Source of the DNA: Lobosporangium transversale
Taxonomy: Eukaryota
Direction of reading: 5' to 3'
Assembly: GCF_002105155.1 (NCBI RefSeq)
Contig: NW_019029005.1
Location: 310,001-374,000 of the forward strand
DNA: 64,000 bases
The notes beneath the pieces are model-generated. The model saw nothing but the letters and a program-made list of their open reading frames with translations, made no database searches and was not told the origin of the DNA. This document shows positions 38,192 to 51,213 of this stretch, piece by piece. The position numbers and the translations under genes are program-made. The stretch's first letter is position 1, and the number at the start of each line of letters is the position of its first letter.

Positions 38192-39307
38192 ATGATGCTC
38201 AACGCATCCTATATCCAAATCCTTGTGGTTCTCGGTTTGCCATATGCGGTTAAGGCCGTGCGGTCGTTCTTTGCAAAAGCACCCCCGCCATCGCCACTCC
38301 AACGCTTAAACAACAAGCATAAGGAAGACATATCTCCAAAGACTCGTTCATGGAATCGGTTTATATTAGCCTTGTTGAGTCTGACAACTCTTTACCATCT
38401 CTATAATGTCGCCTTATACAATCCTCCTAATATCTTTCGGGCACTCTCTTTACCTCCTGACTGCCCTAATTTCATTCTGCATCAGTCGTGGAAGGAATAC
38501 GCGGATCACCATCCAGGTTTTATGGACAAGTATCCGGATTCGATGCGAGAGCGATTCAAAGCTATGGAGTATCGACTTTGGTATGAGGTATATGGGCAAG
38601 ATGCCTTTTTGAACTGTGATCACTGCACAGAGCAGTCGGATTTCATGCTATATCTCATCCCTGGAGCATTGGCTTCTTATATGAGTATGGGTATTATCTT
38701 GGGCTTGGCAACCACTCAAACCTCACATCTAAACAAATACAGAAGTTGGGGAGCTGCCGCCTTGGTTCTATTTGCGGTGCTTGAATACGGAATTTACCAG
38801 AGAAGCGCTGGTTTCGGGACGCTAAATGGCCTCATGAATGACGATGCCTGGTTGGTAGGATACACGGGTGCACATCGTCTTCGACATGGTGCTCTCGCTT
38901 TGATGTCGGCGGTAATCATTGCACTTTTGCAGCGATCTGGCCGTAGTGGTGGATCGAGGGATGAGATAGAAATCCTCAACGATCTTTGTCATGCGCAAGA
39001 AGCCATGATTCAGAGACATCGGGCACTTCAATTGGCCAGAGTCGCATCGCTGAGGCATGAAACGTTGAGGAAGCAGTTTGTCGAGTATTGGAAACGACGG
39101 GAGATTGAGCACAGTCTTTTGTTAGGCGATAGCGAATATAGGGAGGCTCGTGATTTAGCCCTTAGCAGGATAGACATTGATGCCATTACACAACAGGCTG
39201 ACCAGTACATCGATGCCATCATCAGCGCAGGAGAACGCGTACCCGAGATGTCTGATGAATTAGATACCAGCTCGTCGGTGACTGAGGATTTAAAAAAAAG
39301 CAGTTAG
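38192..39307 (+). CDS. Conserved-type fungal membrane protein of unknown function
   Basis: Intact 371-aa ORF with hydrophobic segments and a YEVYGQDAFLNCDHC motif. Confidence 0.75.
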   Translation: MMLNASYIQILVVLGLPYAVKAVRSFFAKAPPPSPLQRLNNKHKEDISPKTRSWNRFILALLSLTTLYHLYNVALYNPPNIFRALSLPPDCPNFILHQSWKEYADHHPGFMDKYPDSMRERFKAMEYRLWYEVYGQDAFLNCDHCTEQSDFMLYLIPGALASYMSMGIILGLATTQTSHLNKYRSWGAAALVLFAVLEYGIYQRSAGFGTLNGLMNDDAWLVGYTGAHRLRHGALALMSAVIIALLQRSGRSGGSRDEIEILNDLCHAQEAMIQRHRALQLARVASLRHETLRKQFVEYWKRREIEHSLLLGDSEYREARDLALSRIDIDAITQQADQYIDAIISAGERVPEMSDELDTSSSVTEDLKKSS

Positions 39308-39726
39308 AGATTATGACATGGACTCTATGATCTGAATAATCTACTAGATAGTAATGGTCTTTCTTTATTACTGAATGAACCGTCTTTTTTATTGCTTTCA
39401 CTCCTATTCGCCATCGCATTAAAATGAGTAAGAAACAACTACAAGGTTACAGCTAGAAAAAGACGATTGATGCAAAGTTGGTGATGGTACAAAGAGAAAT
39501 ATAGGAATATACATGAACAGAGAAAAACATGGGCGGGAAAATTCAAATGCTGAACTTCTAGTAAGATAGACTGGCACTGATTGCTGTCAACTTCAAACCC
39601 TGTGGAATGATTTTTTTTTTTTTTTTTTTGTTTGTTCATTCTTCATTCTTTTCTTGCATGATTAACACGTGGCCAAGAATGAATAGGGAAAGAGGACAAT
39701 GTGTTTGTATAGCCTGTTACTTTCTT

Positions 39727-40420
39727 CTAGTCAGTCTCATTGCTCTCTGATTCTGCACCGAACGTATTCTCGCCAGAATATGTAATATAGAGGAATCCAT
39801 CCTTATCCTGATGCTCTTCGTAGATTGATGACATCAATGCCGCAGTTGGAGGCAAGACTTCGTTGACGAAAATGAAGATGGCCTTTTCGGGCGATAGCTT
39901 GATACGTTTGCGAATTACGTAAACAAATTGGCCTACTGTCAAATCAGCGGGTACTAAATACTTTTTCTTGTCGATAGTGGCGATATCAGACTTGTCGACT
40001 TTCTCACAAATGACCTGGAGATGATTTAAGCAGATTGGAAGCACAAAAAATATTTAGAATAATAATTCCATAAAATGCATAAAATGAATGACAAATAATA
40101 AAGCTGAATCTTTGACTAACTTACTGGGATACGATCGGGATACTTTTGACGGATACGTTCAGCCTCTGCCTTGCGTTTTTCTATAATGACAATAATGATA
40201 ATAGTAATAGTAATAATAATATGCATACGTCATAAGTTTTTGTAATATATTTGTTTGGTAATAAAGTTTGAAAGTAAATGCTTTGCATATTTCAATTCCT
40301 TTGATGCGCGGCTTTTGAAACCAACATCTATCAAGGTCTACTTGAGGATGGTTCAGCAACCCAAAAGACAAAGCACTACCTACCAAAGGCATGTTCTTGC
40401 TGGAATGCGGAGCGAACCAT
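39727..40420 (-). CDS. ATG8: Autophagy protein Atg8
   Basis: [61 protein letters not shown]...YSGENTFG; 2 introns. Confidence 0.97.
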
Positions 40421-41221
40421 ATTGAAATTGGAGGATGGATTGATTTGAAGAGTATAGGTGCTTACGTGTGCGAGAGAGAGAAAAAGAGAGAAAGAGAGAA
40501 AGAAAGAGGAAGCGTAGGACAGAGAATGTGTACTAGAATGAAGATAATTGAGGTTGAAAAGAAATGAATAACACGCGTGTGAATGAATAGATGGATGAAC
40601 AAATGAAAGACAGTAAGCTGAATATTTGTATGGGGTAAGTCTGATAATGATTGGAAAGCAAAAAGAGGGAAGTGAAATTGTTTGGAGTTGTCATGCGGGT
40701 CTTTATAAATAATCACTTTGGGCTGCATCCCTTACTCCAAAGTCGAACTCGTGAGTCCGCGTGACTGTTCTCGGCAAATTTTCGACTTTTATTCATTCTT
40801 ATATTTATTGAATTGATAACAAAAATAATTTCCATTTGTGAGCATGGTGCTACTTCGTGATGGCTCTTGCGTCTATTCAAATTTGCTAGACTTACTTACT
40901 TGTGCCCCGTGTTCTACTTGTCGTATATCGGTTGCCTATTGCCTCAGACTTGAAATCAGTCCCTACGATGCAACACGACAGAAAAAAAAGGTATTTGGAA
41001 TGACAAGATGTCAGATTTATTTCATTGAAGCAGGTATTCAACTATACTGTATACTGCAGGAATAGTTTGTCTGTTAGGTTAAAAGTCAAAGTCCCATGGG
41101 GCTTTAATATAACTCAGTGCGGCGTTAGTGGGTCGCCTCATCAGCAAAATACAAACTACAATAACATGAATTGTTTTAAAACCTACTCGACTTATCAAAG
41201 TCGATATGGGTTATCGCAGCC

Positions 41222-42290
41222 CTATTCACAAGGTTGTGTCGCCTTCATTTCTTCGATCCTCCTTTTTCCTTTCAAGCTATGATTCCCTTGCTTCGCTGCA
41301 GGAAACTTCTTGACACTAAAAGGACCCCACGCTACGTGAAGGGATTGGAACTGAAAGAGACTTTCTCGTTGACTGTGGAAGGTGTGCTGGATCATTTTGT
41401 CGCTCAACTCTAACAACCACGACAAAGCGATAGTGTCCGGTATGTTTTTATCTACAGTGCTGATATCAAGTGGGACTGCAGCTGCGGCTACTTTTTCATT
41501 CATACTCGCTTACTTCGATGCTTCTCCGCCCCCGATAAACCTTTCTATTCCTCTAACTGCCGCAGTATTTGGGGAATTTTTCAATGTCTGCTCCGTACAC
41601 CTCTGGATACACGACCTTTTTTAGGTTAAGGATATTGTTTAAACATCGGTGTAGATGCTGTGGCCTTCGTTATCCACTTCTGACTAATACCAGAGTTGGA
41701 TGGCTCTTGCAAGTCGTTGGTTCTGTGCCTTGAGAGACGATGCTATTTGCCTGAGCCCTATCTTGTCTCGTCTCGATATTCTCTGATTTGTTGAAAAAAT
41801 TAACTAGCCTATCTCGTGATAAAATGGCTTTTATTTCCCCCAAACGATAATAATTCATGGAAGCTGATAAGCCCTCTCTAATTGTATTCGCCGCTATTGA
41901 AGAACTTTGAAGACTTTTGTCATTATAAGTTATGATGTTGATAACTAATGGATATAGAGCGGGATGAGTCGATAAATGGAGCCAATATCTTGGAATAAAC
42001 CAAACGAGCTCCAAGCCCAGTAGGCTTTACCATCCTCATTAGAGCCACCAAGGCTGACGCCCTCCATTTAAATGTATATACAGCCGATTCTCCCCTCATA
42101 GTTCAGAACAAATAACTTTCTTACATGGGCCTAGCATGTACTTTATATAAGAAATTCGGTCCCATCGCGTTTCTTATCGAGAGAATCGACTTTAATTCTG
42201 ATACCAAAACTAGCTTTTTTTGCTACTTGGACATATAAGCTGCAGCGTAAGGATGGAGCAATAGCATATTGAGGCATCAAACCTGCACAG
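41222..42290 (-). pseudogene. Possible decayed coding relic of unknown family
   Basis: Adjacent minus-strand ORF fragments (41222-41503, 41670-42014) broken by stops; no recognisable motif. Confidence 0.25.
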
Positions 42291-42730
42291 TAGACATGGG
42301 CTACAATCAGGTTGATAAAATCATGCGTTATTGCTTACCATCATTGATTCAAATAGAATTCATGTGCTTCTGCTATTTCAATCCTTGATCCTCTACCACA
42401 TGTGCCTACGCTCTACCCTGCATACTCTTTTATAGGAGAGAGATTGTACAGTTTGATGAATAAGGCTCCGGCGTTTGCGAATCTTAGACACATATTATGG
42501 TGATTAGAAAGAGCGAAATCTCTTTTGGAAAGACCAACACCACTGTGTAAAAAAATCAGTAGTGAGCGATCGACCAACAAACAAGAGGTGTTGCAAACAT
42601 TCTTTCCTAGGAATGCTATTACAGGAAGACAACGCCATGGCTATTTGAGTAAATTGGAGAGAGAGGGGCGGAAGAGGAGAGGTTTTAATCAAGCATGTAA
42701 ATTATACTTTTCTGAACATTTATATTTATT

Positions 42731-43797
42731 TTAATTCTTTTTTTTGCTTTCCAGCCTTGACGGGTTGAGTACTAGAACCCAGTCGCTTATTCCCGACATT
42801 TTTACGAGTGCCGCTTTGTTCCTTTCGCATCATGGTATTATCGATCCTAACTAATCCTCCAGCCGAGCCCGATGCCAGCCATGTTGCTGAATGTAAGCAC
42901 CGTGACCATTGTACCTGAACCGTATATAAATATAAAAAAAATTAGAGTAGATTTTCTAGATGAAACCTTAAGACGCCATCAAAATCAAAAACGAAACAGT
43001 GTGAAGAGACTAAATACCCTCTGAATAGCAATGTTGGCTCCATAGAAGCCTAACAGTCCATCTGACTTGCTGATAAACTCCTTTCTTCATCTTCTTTGAA
43101 AAAAAGCTTCGCTCTCGTTCTACTTGCGGACTCTCTTGTATTTGATGGGCTTCATCGTCTATGCTATCACAGTTGTTTTGGATAGCTGTATTGGATTCAT
43201 CACCGACGTCAGCTTCTTGAAGCTGATATACGCAATTCTGGACCATTCCCTGTTTTAAAAAAGGATTTTGATTAGCCGAAATAAGGAAGCAAGTTATTCA
43301 TTAGCTAATGAGATGGGTAAGGTTCATTACAAATCCACGGCGCGCCTTGAAAGCAGGATTTGAGATCTTGACGCGGCCATCAGAGACCGCTACCGCTAAA
43401 TAGGGTTGGTAGTCGGAATAAGAAAAATCCCAAATTGTGCCCTTGACATTAAATAATCGAAGTCCTCGAGACTCAACATAGAGTTGATCCATTTTGGCTC
43501 CAAAATCAATGTCGACATAAACTGTGCCCTCAGCCCAGGGCACACATATAGATGACATGGGAGCCCCAAGGATAGTCTTGATATCAATCCGTGCATATGG
43601 GTCGCGAAGGTCGGTGTAGCGTACATGGCCATCATAGCCAGATGTTACAATGATCCAAGGTACAACTGCAGGATCACTAGACCTGAGCCAGTCAACACAA
43701 CGTACACAGACATCATGCACTTGAAGTAGGTATATTGGATCAAGATACTCTGTAGCGAAGGGTTTTAAAATAATTTTTGAGTCTACTTATTCCAAAC

Positions 43798-43833
<36 letters not shown>

Positions 43834-45646
43834 AGCAAAGGTCTATATACTTCTTTCTTACCAGAATCTTTGCTAGCAAGATCTTCGATTGATTGAACAA
43901 GCATAGATTTCATATCCCAGATTGCGACAGTTCCGTTAGTTGCACTTGCAGCTAGTCGTTCCGATGCCCCCAGCTGATAGACATGAAGTTGACATCGCCT
44001 AATCGTATCGTCACGTAAGGCTTGAAGTACTCAACTAGATTTTATGTAAGATGGGATCAAGTTAGAGTGAATGCTGGTCTAGTGTTAGATGCGTAAATTA
44101 GTCCAAAAAGGAACATACTATATAAAGTCTCCGGCAGCGAGCCATTTGCCGTTGCGACCTTAAGGTGATGGCGTAGGCTTTCGGGTCTGGTACGCTAAAG
44201 ATCCGAATAGAACCGTCGCTGAATGTAGCGGCTAAAATACCTAATCTTGTCAAATGCCCTGATGCGGATTCCTATACAACATATTTTAGAAGATATTAGA
44301 TGAATGAATTGCAAAGTTATTATAGTCTTGAAGAGAGCAAGATGCTCTCTTTAGGTCATGTTCATACCGCCTGCATGAAACCTCCTGAAGGACACCATTT
44401 TAAATCAAGGACAGCACCATACGAGTGTAAAATGCACAGAGCCAGATACGGAGAGGCTCTCCTTGAAGTGCACCATCATCATCGGTATTGCAGTTCATAC
44501 TCCAGAGCTGAATCAAGTTCGGATGTGCGTCCTGTTTCCCCAAAGGATACAACTGATCGCGCGCTATACAGTTTTCAGCAGTATCTGGAAAGCCACCAAT
44601 GGCTACATAGCTTTTGTTTTCGTTTGCTTCTTCGCCGCCATAACTAGGAACGGACACCAGTCGAGAGCCCAAAGAGAAACCAGTATTTAGAAGATAGTAA
44701 TCTTTGTTTCCAGTACCTAATCAAAGAGATACAACATAATCTTAAGATTATCATTGTTTCCAGCGCATGAGTTTCGGATTTGTAGCTAATTATAACCAAC
44801 AGACTTGAGCTGCCTTCACATAGTGAGCCGCCATAGTGTTCATATCGAATTGCGTTTCACGCGCGGTTACTTTTGTTGTGGCTAGGAGAGGTAGGTACTC
44901 GTCCAGATCAGTTGGCTCTCTATTAATGACATAGAATAGTTTGTCAACTTGGGGATCAAAAGCATTATGTACAGCCACGATAGCGAAAATTTAGTTGTAA
45001 TGCTAACCTAAGCACACGGAAGTCCTTTATACTTGGACCAATGTTAGGATATACGGTCTGTTTCAAAAACTCCTCCTTCATGCAAACTTGAGCCACATCT
45101 TCACAGGTTGGTGCCTCAAATGAAGAATCTCCAATGTTGTGGGCAATGGTTCAAATTAAGCAACTGTCCTCTCTTGGGTTTTGGCACATTCTTGCTGCTC
45201 TCTCGAGGTTTACGCTGTGTAGTCGTTATCGGTGCGAATCGGTGTTGAGGTTTAGCAGGAGTAATGCTCAAAGCACGTCCACTACCATCGTTGCTACGCA
45301 CAGCACTCAACGTAGGCGAAGACTCATTTTGTTCCGTTAGAAGCTCGTTCATTTGATCTAATGAGACTGTGAAGCTCTGCATGGCCTTGCGCCGTCGCGG
45401 CTTTCTAGTTGAATTTGAAGTCATATCTTCGTCTTCTGCCTCAGAAACCCTCGCGCCAGTATCATCATTATATCCATCACTCTCTTTATCATCATCATCA
45501 CCCTTGTAGTCAGATCCATTGTCAGAGCTATCGCTGTGCTTTGCTTTGCGGCGTCTACTTTTCCGTACCTCTTCCACTGGCCCCTCATCCACCACTTAAA
45601 ATAAGACGTAATCTCTTCTTAGCGGAACGAGCTGGACGCGAGACAT
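42731..45646 (-). CDS. TFC6: TFIIIC subunit Tfc6/Sfc6-like WD40 protein
   Basis: Basic/acidic N-terminus; YVAIGGFPD, NLIQLWSM, DLKWCP, RLGILAATFSDGSIRI, VTSGYDG, WLASGSAGGLVRID. Confidence 0.7.
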
Positions 45647-45897
45647 ATTGCACTAGAAATGTACCGATTTTATGTGAGAAGTTCAATATTTAGCCTTTAC
45701 TACCGGTCCTTACAGCGCCATGCACGGTCTCATGTATCCAGTTCCTGATCGTCTGTTTGTGAAATGGAGGATGTGCACACAACACATGAACTATCGTGAC
45801 GGTTGTTTGGGCCTTTCTTTCTATTTCTTTTTTTTTTTTTTTTTTTTTTTTCTTATTTGGTCATTCCTTCTGTCCTAGTCGAACTGACCTAGAAACC

Positions 45898-47528
45898 ATG
45901 GGAAAGCTGTGAAAAGATCGCAAGCGACGACGTTTGCTCGCCGAGGTAACAGGTGTAGGAGCTCGTCAATTCGGAAAGAATCAAGAGAATCTCATCGGCA
46001 ATGATGAGAATACTTCACAAAACCTCACAAAGTCTTTTGGAGGTGTTGTCTCTGAAGAGGACATGGTTACCACCCTCCGTACTTTGCTGACATTGGAGCA
46101 GCATACTGATGTGTTCCGATCAAAAGTCATGCAAATCCCTTCGAGCAGTTATTCACCAGCTCCAACAGACAGCCACTGCAGCGTCTGGCATGGGTAAGAA
46201 TCACTTCCTACTAATAAGGCTATTTTAACTTGGAAAGCTGTAGCATGAGGCTCATGACCATTCTTAACATCATATTAGGACAAACCCAGTCGGCCGTATC
46301 TCTGATGCTTTGGTGGACGGCCGATGGAATGATGCTATGTCGGCGCTGGAGGAGATGAGGTCCCGAGGCCAGGTGCCCAAGTTAGGGGCTCTGCAACGGT
46401 GGGTGCGCGACTGTGATGCAGCATCTGCAAAGAGTGGTGCATTCGGAGACCCTGTTGTGTTGAGACTCCTAGACTCAATACTTAGAACAGTGGATCCTTC
46501 TATGATCCCCAAAAAAGTCAGTGTAGATGGTCAAGAGGAGTCCCCTGTGAGAATGCATCCAATGTGGCACGCATTCCCAAGAGTGGATGACAATGTCCAG
46601 AAATATGAAGCTGCCTTGGCAAAGACCTTGTTTTGTAAGCATTGTTTCAGTGTGGCGCTTATAAGTGCTTAGTATAACCTGGTGGTTTTCATTGAACTAA
46701 TTGGCCTCACCCACATCTCTCAGCGGAGGAAGAGGCAGAACACTACAGGGCCTCGTTTAGAATTGTTTCCCATCAAAAAGGACCACTCCGCCGGACTCCG
46801 AACCTACATGATTTCACACTTTATCTTTCTAAGCCCGATACCGTCCGTTTGTGCTACCGAGACAATCCTGCAGTACAACCTCCTGTCGAACGCATCGACA
46901 TGCCGCATGTGCCGGGTGCATTCTTACTAAAAGATGTACTCACTCGTAAAGAATGCCACCAGATGATCTCAGCTGCAGAATCCGTAGGATTTACTCCCGA
47001 TGTCCCCATTGTCGGAAGTGCAGCAGAATCTATCTCAGTGCTAGCGCACAACTTTTTCTGGATGGCTGATGACCAGTTGTTAGAGCATATTTATGCGCTG
47101 CAAGGCTCATTTTCCAGAGACCAGTGGTGATGGACGAGGAGCTGTTGGCATCAATTCGAGATGGAGGGTTTATCGGTACGTTCCTGGAGCTATCTATCGC
47201 ATTCATGTAGATGGGCAATGGCCAGGTAGTGGCCTAGATCCAGTGACAGGAAAGTACTTGTATGATGCATATGGGAGTAAGAGGTTGTCTCGGCTTACGT
47301 TCTTGGTTTATTTGAATGATGAGTTTGAGGGTGGCGGAACTACTTTTTTTACTCCTTCCGCTGATGTTGGCTTCATGGATGCAAGGGCAGTCTCACCGAG
47401 AGCAGGTAGCGTACTCTGTTTTCCCACACGGTGAAGCAGCAGGTAGCCTGCTCCATGAAGGATCTCCAGTACTCAAAGGAGCCAAATATATCATTCGAGC
47501 CGACGTCCTTTATGAAATCCCAGAGTGA
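45898..47528 (+). CDS. 2-oxoglutarate/Fe(II) dioxygenase (prolyl-4-hydroxylase-like)
   Basis: LQRWVRDCD, DVLTRKEC, HVD (HxD), RLTFLVYLNDEFEGGGTTF, LHEGSPV..KYIIRADVLY. Confidence 0.88.
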
Positions 47529-47987
47529 TTATAGCATAAGATATATTTATTGTTTTATGGATAAAAGAATGTGATACCATCAGGTGTAAGTGTAGCCTTG
47601 CAGCCCTTTCTGAAACAAATTCTGTAAAAATCTCGAAAAAAAGGATGCAACCAGCCAATGCCACTGTATTCAAGAAACCCTTTTGACCACTGTGTCAATC
47701 CTCACTTTCTAGCCCATCTGCATCTTCGAAGTTGAATATATCTATATTCTGTGCTTATTATGACATTGTTATGGCAGATAGCCGTTATTGTTCACTTTGG
47801 GTCGTTGCTACGTATCAGATGTAGACCAGAATACATGATAGCCAAGTACTATACTCATATAAATGACAGGCTAGGCTAGAATCGGCCAAGCATAAATGTG
47901 TGCACTTTTTTTTTTTTTTTTTTTTTTTTTTTGTTTGTTTGAACCCTGAGGAAGCTTAAAATCAAGGCACTAAAATGAAGGCCTTGA

Positions 47988-49937
47988 TCAGCAGGTGCTA
48001 TTGGCTATCTCTTCAGGGATTCTTCTACCCGATATGCGACAATCCCTTATAATCTTGAGGCGCTGCGCAAGACGCTTGACCTCTTCTGTTCCCTGATCTG
48101 CTAGTAGCTTGTGGTTCCATGGTGGATGATCACCTGGATAACTCAAGGGGTCCGCAGTATCGTTAGTCGTTATATTAGAAACAATATTGGGTTCGTTGCC
48201 ACTCAAGACTGGAACACGACGCAGGCCGGAACGTGCGGGTCGCATTGTGATCTGCCAAGTACCGATGAAAAACCTTTAGCTTCCCACGAGCGAGCTCACC
48301 GCCAAGGATGTACACTGGTTTACTAGAGTAAAGGTTGGGGGCAATTAGAATCAGAAAGAGTATAACGAGACAGGCTAATAATTCACAACTTTCTAAAGTA
48401 ATGAAAAAAAATAAAATAAAATAAAATAAAATAGAAGGACTTACCCAGTGGCCAGAGCTTCGTTGGTCATTGCAACCGAATCTGCTGTGACCACAATTTT
48501 GTCCGCTAATGCCAGCATAGCCTCGTATGGATTATGATCATTGATGAATCCTATAGTATCTTGGACCTTACATCAGCGACCGGATCATAAACGTAAAGCC
48601 TGTTCTCATCCTGAATATGACTTTCGAGCTTTTTGACTGCGACTTTGGTATTATCGGCAGTCCTTTGCGAAAACGAAAGTAAGACTCTGGAGCCTTGAAC
48701 ATCCAATAAGCGGGATAGCCGACTGATTAGTCTTTCAGTATTGTGCGAGCAATCTTCGTTCGGACCACCAATCAGTATGGTAACAATGGGCTGTCGAGTT
48801 AGCCCGTTTCTATTTCCCTGATTGAAAAAGGATTTTGGAATAAGTTCTAGTTCAAAAGCCTTGCGTTTAGCAACATCAAGTGATCTTTGAGTGATGGTAT
48901 TAAGCGTTGAATTGATACGGAAGTAATTTTTTTGATCTTTCATCAGCCCCAGACCCGCTATAGGCGTCAGAAAAAAAGGAAGAGGGTTATCAGCATTGAC
49001 CAAATACGTATTTGAAGCATCATTCAAACCACCCACAATTATTTTACCAAGCTGGACTAGATTTCGTGCCGTTGAAGGAACACTTGATCGAAATGCACAA
49101 ATGGTAAAGCAGGAAAATGAATATGGGCTATGAGAGAGCAAAGGGAAGAGACGTATGCCATGATTGGTCAATGCCTCAGAGGCGAATTAAATTATTTTGG
49201 ATGGACAGTTTAAAAGCAGTGGTACCTGAAAATGATGCCTTTCCACTCATCCTTGATACATGCACAGACCAGGAAAAGCTTTGGCCCCCGAACCAATCAC
49301 AAAACTAGGATATGGTGCAGCCAATGCATCACCTTCCATGAACCATGGTAGTTTGTCCGCTAATCACAGTTTTAGCAACAATGTATCGCCGATTTTAATT
49401 AACAGGAGAGTCAAGGTTACCATACGTCACAGGTCAAGCGAGAAACCTACTCGATTTCCTATTGACAACATGATGATAGTCCCATTAAAAGTTTTTTGAA
49501 AGGCGTTGGAATCCATTGTAAACCTAAAGATTGAAGTTACGGAATAGGGCTTGTTATTCTATATATCAACCTCCTGTAGAGCAAGCGTTTGGTTTATTAC
49601 CTTGGGCGCCATTTAAACACGCTTGATAGCCCAAGGAAGCCCAAGTGCTTCGGCGAGAGCAATAGACTCCTTGTCAGCACTGACAGATCCCTCTGATATA
49701 ATCCAAGTGACGGGTGTAGTAGGTTGATATACAGCCCGGGGGGCAAAGCGTGTTCTTCGATAGGCTTTTTCGTGCATAGCTTTTGTAGCATATAGATTCC
49801 GATGGCACCATATTAACCGGCGACTTTTGGAGCATACTGTTCAGAGTCATGGTCGTACGATTCAGCTGATTAGCAGACAGAAGTACATGACGGGTTGTAA
49901 ATCCTGCGACAGTTCGCAAGGGATCCATGATGTGCAT
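47988..49937 (-). CDS. Mitochondrial fission ELM1-family protein
   Basis: ILIGGPN, VLLSFSQRT, NPYEAMLALADKIVVTADSVAMTNEALATG/KPVY motifs; presequence-like N-terminus; several introns. Confidence 0.75.
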
Positions 49938-50112
49938 TCAATACTGTCCAATTCTGATCGATGCCAAAAGCAGGATGCATGGCCAAAAAACAAGTACAAA
50001 GTACTAAATTTTCTCACGATTTGAATTGGCTCTTTTTTTTTTTTTTTTTTTTGCTTCCTCAGCATTCCATCCTTTCCCATTATTAATTCTTCACCTCGCT
50101 TCCATCATCATT

Positions 50113-50958
50113 ATGGCGCCTATTACCCCCCACAGCAAGGTCAAGGTCGTATTGACCGGCTTTGAGGTAATAGGCACATAGACATGGGTCATTTGCATAT
50201 TTTTGTACCTGATATTGAATAAACTTTCACTTCTTGACATTCTTCTATTTATACATCTACTCCCTTTTCTTTTGTAGCCTTTTGGCAAACATTTGACAAA
50301 CCCTTCATGGCTGTCCGTCCAACCTCTCAATTGTAATACTTTACAACTGCCCCCTCACTCCGAGCAGGATCCCAAGCATCATAAAGCTACAGAAGCATAT
50401 ATCGTGTGCCAGGAGTTGCCAGTCGAATACCGTAAGGTTCCTGATCTCGTGCCGGCCTTACATGCTCAGCACAGCAGAAACAAGCAAGCGGAGGAAGAAT
50501 CTGAGGATTTTATAAAGACTTACTATATTCATGTTGGCGTTGGTCGCGATGGACATACTGCGATTGAAACACAGGCCCATCGAGTCGGTTACTCCCATCC
50601 AGATAATTCGCAGTGGAATCCGGAATCAAAAGATATTCCTCCTGTTTCTAGAGATGCTTGGTCTAATGATCCTGAGCGCCTGACTACAACTATCGACACT
50701 GAAGCGTTGGCTGAATACTTAAAGACCGAGAAAGGCTGGATTTGTGAAAAAAGCATGGATGCTGGGTTATATCTTTGTGAATATACATTTTACTTGAGCA
50801 TGGCTGAGAGACACAGAAGAATTCAAGCAGGAGAGGAGGGTGAGGACGAGCGAGCTTGTTTATTCGTGCATCTTCCTTCGGTTGGTAACCCATACTCACT
50901 AGAGGAACTTCAACAGTTCGTCAAGGACATGGTTATTGCAGTTGTCACTCAATATTAG
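50113..50958 (+). CDS. Pyroglutamyl-peptidase I (peptidase C15)
   Basis: VVLTGFE/PFG..NPSW, ELPVEY, IHVGV, IETQA, DAGLYLCEY, FVHLP. Confidence 0.92.
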
Positions 50959-51213
50959 AAGTACTGTCCTGGCATTGAAACTTTTTTACTGCGCAAAAAC
51001 TTGTGCTGATTAAAAAATCTTATTTTCATAGAAACGCAGTCTCAAAATGTAAACATTTTTTTTTTTTTTTTTTTTTTTTTTTCCTTTCTAAAGGAAGCAA
51101 TTTGTCATCGACAGGCCGCAGCATTGGTTTTCTTCCATTGTTCCCTCACTGCCCTCACATCTTTACATTCAACTTATTTCTTTCCTCGCTTTCTTTTCCT
51201 TCAGTACATAACA

